Positions 40,885-52,977 of a stretch of 64,000 nucleotides of DNA are shown piece by piece. Source of the DNA: Chrysomallon squamiferum (lineage: Eukaryota; Animalia; Mollusca); contig CM022670.1 of assembly GCA_012295275.1 (NCBI GenBank), forward strand, positions 9,424,001-9,488,000, in the 5' to 3' direction. Position 1 is the stretch's first letter, and every line of letters begins with the position of its first letter. Made by a program: the position numbers and the translations under genes. The notes beneath the pieces were generated by a model. It worked only from the letters and a program-made list of their open reading frames with translations. It did no database searches and was not told where the DNA came from.

Positions 40885-43800
40885 AGCATAAAAATCAGTC
40901 AGTGATTTGTTATTTTAAAAATTTGGAATGGGAAAGTATAAAAAAAATTATGATTTTAAAAAAATTTAGGAATTTATTCTAGTTTCCTTTTTATATGAAG
41001 TTTTTATCATTTATTAGGAATTATTATATTTTTACACTGACACAATATGGTTTGAAAAGTTGTCAGAAAAACTGTTTAGTTCAAATTTTGGTAGAAAGAA
41101 AGTGAAATGGTTCACCAAAAAATAATATTTTTTTTTTTTTTTTTTTTTTTTTAAATAGCTTATTCAAGAGTGTACTGATATGTTGAAACCTGAACTGGCC
41201 AACATCGTAGTGCTTTCCAAACATTTTGAGAATCAGGATATATGTAATCTGGTAGAGCCATGGTATGGAACCAAATACTGTGTTACAGGTTAATTTGACT
41301 TGTTTTTGTTTTTATTTTGAACCTTGATTGTGACTTTCATTTGAAATTTAAATGTTTAATTTCTTTATTTTTTTTTATTTTTTTATTTAACAAAGATTTC
41401 TTTTTTTTAATTAATTTATTTTTTCTTAAAAATAGTTAATTTATTTCTATTTTATATATGTGTATGAGTATGTAAAAGATGTGTTTAATATGTGAGAACA
41501 AATGTTTTTAATAAATATTAACAATGTGACTGATATGATATTATTTAGATGTGGATCCTGAATGGTTGAACAAGTGGAAAAGTAAGTAACTGAATACTGT
41601 TTTTATTGTGTTTCAAATCTTCCTCTTACACATTTAGGTTATTCCAGATTAAAGCACTTGTTTTTGTTACATATTTGTATTGGTTACAAAAATGTCCAAA
41701 ATTTAATTCTTTAAAATATTTTTTAAAAGCAAAAAAAATAAATAAATAAATAGATACTTCTTTTTGACAGAATAAAGGAAAATTAAATGTAAAAATATCT
41801 TCTAAAAATATTTACGATTGTTTATAAAATTACTTCCAAACTGAAAAGTTGCACATTATTCAGAAAGTACCATAGCCTTACTGACCAAAGTTTGACTGTT
41901 CCTTGAAATGTTGAAATAAAAAACATGGTTCTTAAGCCAAGGAAAGTGATATTTATTTCATACTCTGGCCAGTGTTGTGGAAATATATCAGAATAAACTA
42001 GGCTACTATATATTTTAATTTTTTTTAATAATTTGGAAACCTCAGAGATATTAATAAAAGGAAGAAATGATACAGTTGTATGGCGTTTGTTTGCTTTATA
42101 AAACATTTAAGTTTTACATAGAAAACCCAAGCTTGAAAATGCAACGATTCCATTTTGACAGATTTGGAAACTATGCCTGAATTACAGTTACCTGAACCAA
42201 ATCCATACATTGGTAAGATGTTTCACATTTTTTTGTAATTTGATCAGTTAATGTGTTGAAATGTTAGTTGATACTAAAGCTTTAAAATGACTGTTTGTTT
42301 GTTTCTTAAAGAGAAATTATTAGCATTTAAAATTTATTTAAGAAACATAAATATTTTTTAATACATCAATTTTATTGTGTTATCTTTCTACTTTAGCAAC
42401 AAAGTTTGATCTGGTGAACATGAATAATCCAGGAAAGGTATAACTGTTCATTTTTTGTGTGTGAAAGTGAGTGTGTGTGTGTGTGTGCGTGCATTTATTT
42501 GTTGGAGAAATAACATCCTCAAAATATTAATATATATTAAAGTTCCTTGAAATGAAGCAGTTAAATTCATAATTATTTGAAAAATATATTCTTGTTGCAC
42601 ATCTAAGGAAATGTTTTGTTTACTGTGGCATTTCAGAAACTATTCACTTTCAAAATAAACAAATAATTTCTTAAGTGATTGAACTGCTGTTATTTTTTTT
42701 TACAATGTAATTGGTCTGATTTTTGTTTTTTTTCAGTTTCCCTACAAGCTAATAGACAAGAAAAACTGTCGCATCTGGTTCAAGAAAGATTCCAAATTCA
42801 ACGTTCCAAAAGGTAAACTATAAATCTCCAATGTCAGTAAAATACACTTTTTAAAATAAACTTAGAAAATAAATCTTAACAGATAACTTTTAGGCTGGTG
42901 ATTAAGTGAATGTTTAAAATGTTAAGGTAGGATGAGTGTTTGATTCTTCCATAAGTAATGAAAAGACTTACTATCTTAATGTTTGTGTGTGTGAAAAAAT
43001 CAGCTTATTTATAATACGTTATTTGTTCTGTTTCAGGATACATTTTCATTAACCTGATGAGTTCTGCTGTATCAGAATCTGTGGAGAAGTAAGTAAAATA
43101 AGTATTTCAGTTTTTGTTATCTAGATTCATTGAATGTATGATAGGTGTGTTAGGTAAATAATATGGAGACAAATGAAATAGAATTTTTTTTATAGTGAAA
43201 GTTGGTCTTTTATGACACAGCTTATAATGGCAAAATAAAAATTACTTTCCTCATTACAGTTATTGCCTAGTTTCAGTTTAATAAATTAGTTCATGAATTA
43301 AAAAAATTAATAGTAATAATAAAAATGAAAAAAAGAAGCTACCAGTGATGTACAGGCTTGAATATGAAACATAAGCATGGCATGAGATTTTGATATCATT
43401 TAGAACAAAATGTTGTTATAATGCAGTATTTATGTGTGATTTATGCTTATTTATTTATTTATTTATTTACTGTTTTTTTATATATTTTTAATTTTTAGTT
43501 TTATTTATTTTATATATTTATGTATTAGGTGAAAAATCATTTTTGATCTTTAACAAATATAAAAGATTTTGTAAAACATGTTCAGTTCTGTAGAACTAAA
43601 AGTAACTCAGCATACTTTGATTTCAGTGCAACACTGATGGATCTTTACATCAATGTCTTGCTGTACACACTGAATGAGGCAATTTATCCATCTGTGACAG
43701 CAGGCTATGAGTAAATTGCAGTGTTTATTTCTTACTGTCTCTTCCTTTGATCATCTTCAAAATATTTAAAAGAAGAAATGAATAAATACCTTTTACTGAT

Positions 43801-45582
43801 TATTACTTACTTTTGATACATTTTCCATCTGTTATTTTATAAAAGATAAAGAATTATTTATTCATAGTGAAAAATAAAAGATAAAATAATGTGGTTTACA
43901 TTTATTACAAATACTTTTTTTTATCTTGTTATTGTTTCAGTCCTGTATTTTAAAATCATGTAAAAAGTGTAAGTGAATAAATAAAAAAGGTTTATTGCGT
44001 AGAAAACAAGTCATCCTTTTTCTCCCCCCCCATGACTTCTAACTAGTACTATCTCAGGAACTTATCTCCATATATACAATTATGTCTTGTTTAAATTTTA
44101 AAAATAAAATGAAATATATATATATTACATATTCATATAGATTACGTTCATTCGAAGGCAGAGTTAGTAACAGCTTTAAAAATCAGTATATATTACTGAA
44201 TATTTGTTATTTTTTTCAGGTACTGTGTTGAAGGATTTAACACAGGAGTTGTGATACAAATGACTGGCTTTAATCATAAATTGCCAGTGAGTTTTTAAGA
44301 CTTTTGCTTAATTCTAACATTATAAACCAAATTTTCCTACCTTTCAGAAATTTACCCATGTGTGAAATTAATTAAATACTTTAATCATGTGACAGGTCCT
44401 GTTTAACACCATCGTGGACTATGTTGCTGATTTTACCTGCAGCAGTGATATCTTTCAAGCTGTCAGCAAACAGTTAAAGAAAAACTATTACAATCAGATG
44501 ATCACACCATATCAGTTGGCCAAGTAAGATTAATTTTAACATACAAACACAACATTTATGCACTGCATTTTATAAACTTATTCAAAGATAATATTATTCA
44601 GTGTCATAATCTTGCTGGTTACAGTTAACTGACACATTTAAATAACATTTCACTTCTTTGTGGCTTGTCATTGGGTAAATAATCAACTTTTTTCAGTGTA
44701 TATTATCAGTTTTAACCTTTACATTCAGTATTCAATCATTCTGCTCTTGTCTATTCCTGTTGTTATTATTATTTTTGCAGGACTTTGAGGTTTGCTTTGC
44801 TGGAGCCTAACAATAAGCCAGTGTTTGATCGATACCAGATCGTCTCCAGTCTCACAGAAGACATGCTTAAAGACTTTGTAAACAAATACAAACAAAGTAT
44901 TTTCATTGAAGGATTCGTGATTGGAAACTTCTCTCCAGATGTTAGCAATTACAAATATTATGTTAATGTTGTTAAATTATTGTATTTATCATTGCAAGGC
45001 TCAAGTCTGTTAACAGATAATAACTCATGTCAGGAGAGATTGTTTTTCAACCACAAAATGTGGATTATTTTAAAGAACATTTTAAATAGTCTTGTTTACA
45101 GATTATGCTGGTTGGCTTGTTAAACCAGACTAACTCATATTTTTTTTTAAATAATTAATTTGTGTTTTGATCATTTTAAATTCATAATTACTGGTAAGTA
45201 ATAAATAAATGGCTTACTTTTTTTTAACTAATTTGACATCAGTTTGAATTTTTATTTATTTTTTAAAATATTTTTTACTTTAATAATACTCATTATTTAT
45301 TATATTATTTGAAGAAAGTAACCGAAATGGGAAACTACATTATGTCCAAACTGCCCAGTAATGTGACCAGTGATCAAATGCCAAAGGTAACTATGATAAG
45401 TGTTTTGTTACGTGTAATAAATAAATCCACAATGTTTTAAATTTTTTGTATTATTATTTTTTAATATGTTTTTATTGTGTTAACTGACAATAGTAATAAG
45501 CAGTAATATAAAACAAACTTTTAACTTTTTCTGTGATTTAAAAGATATTAGTAGTAACTTCAGGTAAGTTGTTACTGATTCT

Positions 45583-45620
<38 letters not shown>

Positions 45621-47079
45621 TGTTTTTTTGTTGTGTTACTACAGAAATTTCTGCTGGCTGTTCCACCAGGCAAAATGTGTTGTCGAGTTCTGGGACTGAA
45701 TGAAACTGACAACAACTGTTGTGTTACCAACTACTACCAATCAGTACCTGGCACACTGCGGGACTGTTGTCTCAATGAATTGCTTGTAGTAAGATCACAA
45801 AATTGTTTCAGTGTTCATAAATGTCTTGTGTCTAAATAAATAACATCAGCAATACTTTTTGACAGTATATTTTTAAAAATTTGATGTTCCTATTTGTTTT
45901 TGAACTTCGTTTTTCTATTTTTTTTTTTTTAAATGTTATTTTCGTATAGATAATTTCTCAGTGTTGCTGCTTTAACAGTGGTAAGAATCCTTTTCTGAAT
46001 TTACAGTCTGGTATTTCAGGTAGAACAGAACTTAAAGATACACATTTCAATTTAATCTTTGTCTTCTTTTTAAACTGGGAAATTATAGGGAATAAAAAAG
46101 AAATATAACCTTTTACTGAAATTTAAGAAAAAAAGAAAAGAAAATGAATTTAATAAATAAATAAATGCATCAATAAAAATAACTTTCTCAAATTATTGTA
46201 TCAAATTATTTTCACTGCAGACGAGGATGCAGGAACCTTGTTTCGATAAGCTGAGAACGAAGTATCAGTTGGGATACAGTGTCTTCTGTCGATCATCAAT
46301 CACAAATGGAATCTTAGGTTTACAGGTCACTGTTCAAAGCCAGAGCAGTAAATTCAGGTACAATATATAGATGTTTACTGTAAGAAAGATCACTTATAAC
46401 TGTTGTTTGAGTTTTTAAAAATTAGTTGTTTTTTTTTCACATATTTTCAGAAAGAAAAAAATTAAACCCAGATTGTCTGTAGTAAATTTTGTGTATTTAC
46501 CTTTTTCTCAGAAATTATTTGTTCATATGTTAAAGATTTTTTTTAAAATTATTTAATGTATTTTTCAGTCTGAAACATGTCGACGGTAAAATGTCAGAGT
46601 TTTTAAGAGACTTCAAGATACTTCTTGCAAACATGAAAGAAAGTGAATTCAACACTCTAGTAAGAATTAATTTATTTCCTAAATTATTTTTGCTCATTTT
46701 TTACAGCACTTCAAAGACTGAACTAATGTTATAACAGCCTTTTGCTTTTGTCTGTGAACATTCATTAACTATTATATTCTTGATTTATCTCCTTATGTCC
46801 CTGTTATGCTATTTGTTCAGTGATTAAAATGTATGATTAAGACATTTATTCAAATCTTAAACATTTTCAGGTGAAATCGCTGATAAATGAGAAACAGGAA
46901 GAAGATACACAAATGGGAGAAGAAGCTGACAGATGCTGGAATCAGATTCAAGATCATTTCTATGTGTTTGACGTTCTTCAGAAGGAGGCATGTTACTACT
47001 TAGTTTTCATTGTGGTTTTGATCATGGGGAAGATTTCACTTGTATTATTTGATTTTAAATGCTGGGATTTTTAATGCAA

Positions 47080-47113
<34 letters not shown>

Positions 47114-47895
47114 AAGAATGTAAAATGGAAAAGAAACAGGCATTTTTTTAATGAAAAGCTATTGAATTAAATGTTCTTTTTTGTTTTTCTTTTGGGTTTT
47201 TTGACTTAGACACATTAAACATTTTAACTCATTGTCATATCTTCTGCATTTAGGTTGCAATTCTTAAAACCTTAACTTTAAATGACCTGAGAAAATGGTA
47301 TGATCAGTTTGTTGGTAACAGAGAGAAGAAACTAAGTTTGCAGGTAATCTCAGAAACAGTAATATTGTAAATTTAAAATGTATCAGTATGTACATATATA
47401 TATATATATATATATAGATATAGATTTTATACATACATTATATTTATAGTTATAGTTATTGTACCTTTCACAATTAATCAGATTTGCTGAAATATAACAA
47501 ACTGTTCTCCTGAATGAGTGTTATAAATGAGAATGTCTACTATGCTTTGGTTGGTGGAAACATCTGAATGATTTGTTTTTACTAAATTCATCTTGAAACT
47601 AAAATTGAGTTAATTAAACTAAACTTTTAACTGGTTTGTTATAATGCTATTAGTGAAAAGCCTTAACTGTACTTTTAAAATTGAGTATATGTGCGAAATT
47701 GATTTTTTATTATTATTATAATTACAGGTTCAAGGAGCATCTGGTGATGCAAAAAGCGAATCCACAAAAACTGATAACAGTCACACAGTTCTAACTTTTC
47801 TGACCGACAATGATCAAAATACACAGTTTGTCACAAACATTGAAGATGTGAAAAAGGATCTGAAATTGTTACCATACACATTAATTACTTCTTGA
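31209..47895 (+). CDS. NRDC: Nardilysin (M16A metalloendopeptidase), ~32 coding exons
   Basis: Spliced reading IKSANDKREYRVVNLDNGLTALLISD, acidic insert (ESESESDGDEGEEEE), SAAALCIGVGSF, inverted zinc motif HFLEH (exon 35023-35105), MVFMGSKKYPKEN, EIQAVDSEF, WFKKDSKFNVPKG, FDKLRTKYQLGYSV; stop TGA 47893-47895. The acidic insert favours nardilysin over IDE. The first coding exon needs a +1 nt correction; otherwise the start is the ATG at ~33941. Confidence 0.92.
36522..36790 (-). mobile_element. Decayed Mutator-like (MULE) transposase C-terminal fragment in a nardilysin intron
   Basis: KKKEQIEREERIATVVRRYGTIPLDEYPCGIAHNL resembles the recalled C-terminal RI..Y....EYL.AIAHN pattern of animal MULE transposases. 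Confidence 0.5.
36835..37130 (+). mobile_element. Degenerate MetaSINE-like SINE, near full length
   Basis: ccaaccagttctccacaacagttgtaataaaaggc...gcatgttaaagatcccttgctgctaaatggaaagagtagcccttgaagtgg...ttaaataagacatttc, matching the recalled Meta core; two related copies occur elsewhere in the window. Confidence 0.65.
40288..40537. mobile_element. Degenerate Tc1/pogo-type MITE
   Basis: Imperfect terminal inverted repeats caatcaaaactggtcta ... acacaggtttgcctgta; internal repeated (g)tcacctgtc units. Confidence 0.4.
46988..47253 (+). other. GC-AG intron in nardilysin
   Basis: Phase-0 join ...LQKE|VAILKT... requires the donor GAG|gcatgt. Confidence 0.7.
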
Positions 47896-48337
47896 TAACT
47901 GTTAGAGTATTTCATGCATTATACCTCCAAGGGTGTATTATAAAATAATACAAAAATGATGATAAAGAGGGCATTATATTTTCATCTTAATCTTTATCAA
48001 TAAAACTGTTATATTTTTATTTTGTTTTTTATTTCTCTTATTTCTTTTCTTTTTATATATAAACACATATTTCTTTCAATTATAAGTTATATAACACTGT
48101 AACAAATGAAAAGCTGTAGAATAAAACCAGATACTTACTTTAAAGTCTTAGAACAATAATAAAAAATTTAAAAACAAAACCAAATTAATTTAATTATGGA
48201 CTTGAAGGTTAAACATGAGAAAAAAATATTTTCTGTAGTATTGCAGTTAAAACAATTTTCCACATTTGGATAATAAAAAGTGACATGATAACCATAAAGA
48301 TTGTGGACATGGAAATAACAAGAAGAAAATGTGAAGG

Positions 48338-51300
48338 TTACAATATAGGTTTACTGACATTAGCATATCCCACACCAATACATGTTAAAATGAGTTTTTC
48401 TCCTCCAAGTTTTAGTTCATGTTCTTCTTCTTCATCTGTTTTTTGTTGAACATCAACTTTGAACACAATCTGGAAGAAGTCTTTCAGATGTCTCAGAAAC
48501 TGGATTCTGAAATTCAAGTTTTTATATTTATCCTGATTGATGAGTAAATAATTTTAAAATGTTATTTAAGAAAAGGAAAGAAACATTTATTTTTCTTCCA
48601 TTTTAGTTTTGCTCTTTTTTCTCTCAATTAAAAAAAGTGAATGAGAAATATTTATAGTCTAATATTTCATAATAACTGATAGTTTAAAAAGCTGTAGTTT
48701 GCTTTTCTATCAGCATTATTCTACTTTGCAATTGTAAAAGGAATATATATCTTACGTGTAAGGTGTCAGAGGTCCTGTTAATATTTTTGATACATCCTGT
48801 TGACCAAGTACCATAAAGAGAGCTGCTATACTTTGATTGGTTGAATCCACACAACCACCCTGAATGAAGAAAAGTTAATTACTCTAATTTTTAAACAGTT
48901 TGGATTTACATAAATGTAGTTATTGTTCAAACAAAGCATCTGTTCCAGAACAAAAGATAAGCTTCAGAATTCTCCTGATACATTTTTGAAAATACTTTTA
49001 TTATTTTCTTGCCATGCTCGGCTTAAAAAAATAAAAAAAATATATTAAGAATATAATAAATACTTCTGTTTTAATTAACATAATTAATCCCAAAAATATT
49101 CTATACCCAATCAAAATAATTATTACCCTGTATATTTCCTCTAAAAGCAGTTTTGCTGCAGTTGCCCCTAAATCTTCTGGAACTGAGGGACCTTTTTCTG
49201 AGCCTCTTGGATTGGACACAGATTCTGCACATAAGAATGTTCCATTGGTTGTTTCTGCAACAAGTGTTAGTCCAAATCCTGGAGATCTGAAAAACAAAAT
49301 TGAGGGAACAAAACTCAAAACACTTACTTAGAAAACACCAAACAAATTAATATTTAACAAGACTCAAGGGGTAAATAATAGTAGTGAGATAAATAGTTTT
49401 GCAGGAACAATTATTGTCTCCTGTGCTCTGGTTCTCAGTTCAACATTTTGTTGAAATATGCAGGTGATATAAACGGCATTCTAACAGTGGTTCTCATGTA
49501 AATAATTTCACAGAAAGAATCATTATTTCCAGTGGTCTTCTTCCCATATCAACCTTTTACAGGAAGATAACTACGTTCTAATAATTAATACAAACCTGAA
49601 AATGTTTGAAAATGTAGATACATACTTGCCAGACTGTGAACCTTTGCAGTGATCTGTGTAAATGTAGATGTCTGGTAAAAACTTGTTGAGGACACTGCGA
49701 GTTGAATCAACAATTCTGTTTACTGTCGCTGGTGACACTCGGACTGCCCAGCTTGTTATAGTCAAGGTGGCAATTTAGATTTTTTTTTTTAAATAAATAG
49801 TAAAAACATGTTGTATTTTAAATTTGAAAAAAAAATATAATTACATGTAAATGTATTGATTAGAAATAAAATGTTGTGCAGATGAAGAATCTGTTTTATT
49901 ATTTGACTGAAATATTTTCATGTTACTGTTCATTACAGGATCATTTCTTATTTTTGAAGTCATAAAGGTGTATATGAATTTTAAATAATAGTACTGACGA
50001 AAATACAATACTGGTTTTTGTGTTTATTTTGTTCTGTTATGTGAAATTATAGACCATCATCAACATTTAAACTCAATCAGTCATGCTTACAGAAAAACAC
50101 TGAACACACTTTAGTACCTGGACACAAAAATTAATACACTGGTTGTTATCCAGTTCTTTTATCACATAGTTGAAAGATTTACAGAGCAAAGAAAAGACTG
50201 ATATACTGTTCAACAATATTATTATTAATAATCAGTTTTGAAATTAATGTTTTAACAAATATTATCATGATGATCATTAAAGAACTTTTTTTTTTTTTAA
50301 ATGCAATCTAAAAAATATTGTTTCCAAGGATACGCCACACCTCTGATTCGTTTAACTTTGCCTGGATCAAGGTACTGAATAGGTCGAAGTTTCTGTCTGC
50401 ACGGACAAGAGAAAATAATCTCACCACCACCTTCAGGTGCAGCTCCTCGTTTGTTTATCTGATTTTTGAAAAAAGAATTACATTTTTTTTATATAGTTAC
50501 AGTAAATATTAATATTTACAAAAATAACTTTAGTCTCGTGTAACTTTTTAATTATTTACCATATAACTTTCATAAATTCTGTATTTAAATATTTAAATTT
50601 TCTGATTGTAGAATTGCAACAGACGACTTCAAAAATGTATACTTACAATAAATGAAATTATATTCCATATACTCGATACATATTGCTGGACTAAGAGCAA
50701 ACAAATTAAAATTAAATAAAAAGAAACAAAATATATATAATCACAGAAATTTAAACTGTTTCATACCTTCATTTCTAAACCTTCATCAGTTCCTAGAAAT
50801 CTTTTAAGAACAGGAAATGTGGACAACTTTATGAGATCAACCTGTTACGAAATAACAATTTAAAAAGATAATTAAGTCAAAGACAATAATTGAAACTGTT
50901 AATTTGTTGACTTTATTCCTTTTACTAAAGATTCAGAATTAAATAAAAATAATTTGTAAGAAAGTAATTACAATGCTAGTTTTATTTTTAAATGTTTACT
51001 TATTGTTGAAAAAGTGTCTATTCTGCTGTAACACATACTGGTATATATCATTATGTATATATGTATATGTATATGTCCTCTATAAGAGGAATAGAGAAAT
51101 AATACATATCTTGAACTGAATAAGTCTGTTCATTTCAAATAATATAATACAGATATATAAAAAGAATTCAGAAAAGATAAAGCAAAAAAAAAAAAAAAAA
51201 AAAAAAACCATTGCACAGTACTCTGATACAATCATTAAGTGATTGTGAAATCAGATTTTTAAACATTTATAAATTTATATATGTTAATATAAAACTTGTA

Positions 51301-52626
51301 AGGCATTTTCCACCATTTTGATGGTCATTCATATATACAAAACACTTACAGAAGGATCTGTCTGGTCACTGGTCACTCCACGAAGGACAGCTCTCACTGG
51401 CTTCTTTGTAAATGGAGCCAGGCAGACAAGAGCCTCAAGATAGTAGCCAATAGATCTTTGTGGGTTACAGTCATGTTCCACCTGACCTCCTATCAGCAAA
51501 CCAGGCTGATAGAACAAACTTGTTCCTGAAAATAAAATAAAAAAGATTTAACCTTCTACAGACTTTATGTCCATGTTAACACAAAAAATGAATAAAAAAA
51601 TAATATAATAATAAAAAAATAAAATTTTAAAAAGTGCAAATAACAATATCAGAGTGATACAACAGAAAATAATATTGAATACTTTTGGAAACAGAGCTGC
51701 CAAAATAAAGGTCAACATGTCGTCAGGCTTTCTGATACAAAAATTATATCCAGAAATTTGTACACAAAATGATTTAACTGTTGGGGTGGAGTGTTTATAA
51801 AAAAGAAGACAATAAACAAAATATCATTAAAATGAAAAAAAATCTCAACAACATTATTTTCATCAGATCATAAAATAAAAGTGACAAACATATAACAGTT
51901 GTTTCTTCTTTTTTTTTCACTTACCTGTTTCATTAACAATTATCTTAGATCCATTAGTCAGTTTGTCAAGAAATCTTATAAAACTAGCTTCAAAATCTGA
52001 AAGTAAATGCAGACATTGTTGAAAAAAGGAAAAACAACAACAATAATAATAACAAAAATAAAATTAATAATCTAACATTCATAATTCATATAGTTTGGAT
52101 TTGTTGAAGATTGCTCTACTGTACAGACTGAGACAGACTCCAATAATTATTATGATGAATTTCTGAACAGGATCTTAGTTTATTTTATGTTGCGCATTGC
52201 TTTACCTGTTACAGTTAAATCTAGAGTTACATACAGAAGGCGACTGACTTTATTATCTATATTGTCATCCTCTACAGAGCAAAGTGAAAATTTGCAAAAG
52301 TAACTGACCAAGAAGAACCATGTTGTTATCACACTATTTATGGCGTCAGCTTGTGTACATTTTAACACTGGATGATAGGAACAATATCTTCTGTATCATC
52401 TATAGGCATAGGGATATATATATCGTTTTGAAAATTTAGAAGAGTAAAGTATGACTCGAAAGTTTGAGATATCACAAAGTGACAAACCTTTAATTCCAGG
52501 ATCGTCCTCTTTAGAACGGATTCTCTTTATTTTCACACTTTTCCCACTGAGTGTTGCTAAAACTAATCTTTGTCGAAAATAATTACATCCTTCGTATGTA
52601 ATACAATTTAAAGAATTCGCACTCAT
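48338..52626 (-). CDS. RCL1: RNA 3'-terminal phosphate cyclase-like protein RCL1, 9 exons
   Basis: Exons 52626-52488, 51996-51925, ~51525-51350, ~50841-50767, ~50458-50334, 49751-49626, 49286-49127, ~48859-48756, ~48506-48338. Motifs YEGCNYFRQRLVLATLSGK, RSIGYYLE, KRGAAPEGGGE, KSPGFGLTLVAET, GGCVDS, IQFLRHLKDFF. Confidence 0.95.
49752..50333 (-). other. U12-type (minor spliceosome) GT-AG intron in RCL1
   Basis: 5' site GTATCCTT; branch site CCTTGAC ~10 nt before the AG; no polypyrimidine tract; splicing restores RGVA-WAVRVSP. Confidence 0.88.
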
Positions 52627-52977
52627 TTTATACAACTTTCGTTTTACTTCTTGCACGTGTTTACAACAACAACTTTGGTCACACCAAAATGTACGTATTC
52701 TAACATATATTATGATAAAAATAAATTATTATGATATCAGATATGAAGAAAATTACACTCAAAACATTTTGTCATTACAATCAAATAAAACACAATACAT
52801 GCTTTAGAAACAAACTATTTTTAAAGTGTATTGCGAAACTGAATATGTTGAGTCTGAATAGCTTTACAAACACTAAATTAATCTTCGTTAAAAGAGTTCC
52901 TGGACGGAAGTGACTACAGAAGTAAATAATCACAATGATAAGGCTAGAGGGTTTACAGTGAACGTAAAGTTATTTAA
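52627..52977. promoter_or_regulatory. Bidirectional promoter shared by RCL1 and ERCC8
   Basis: 351 bp between divergent ATGs; E-box GCACGTG at ~52653; ETS site CGGAAGTG at ~52905. Confidence 0.75.

Noticed and set aside
49395-49500. Short hairpins in an RCL1 intron as a possible H/ACA or C/D snoRNA
   Set aside because: No convincing H/ACA or C/D box arrangement on the sense strand.
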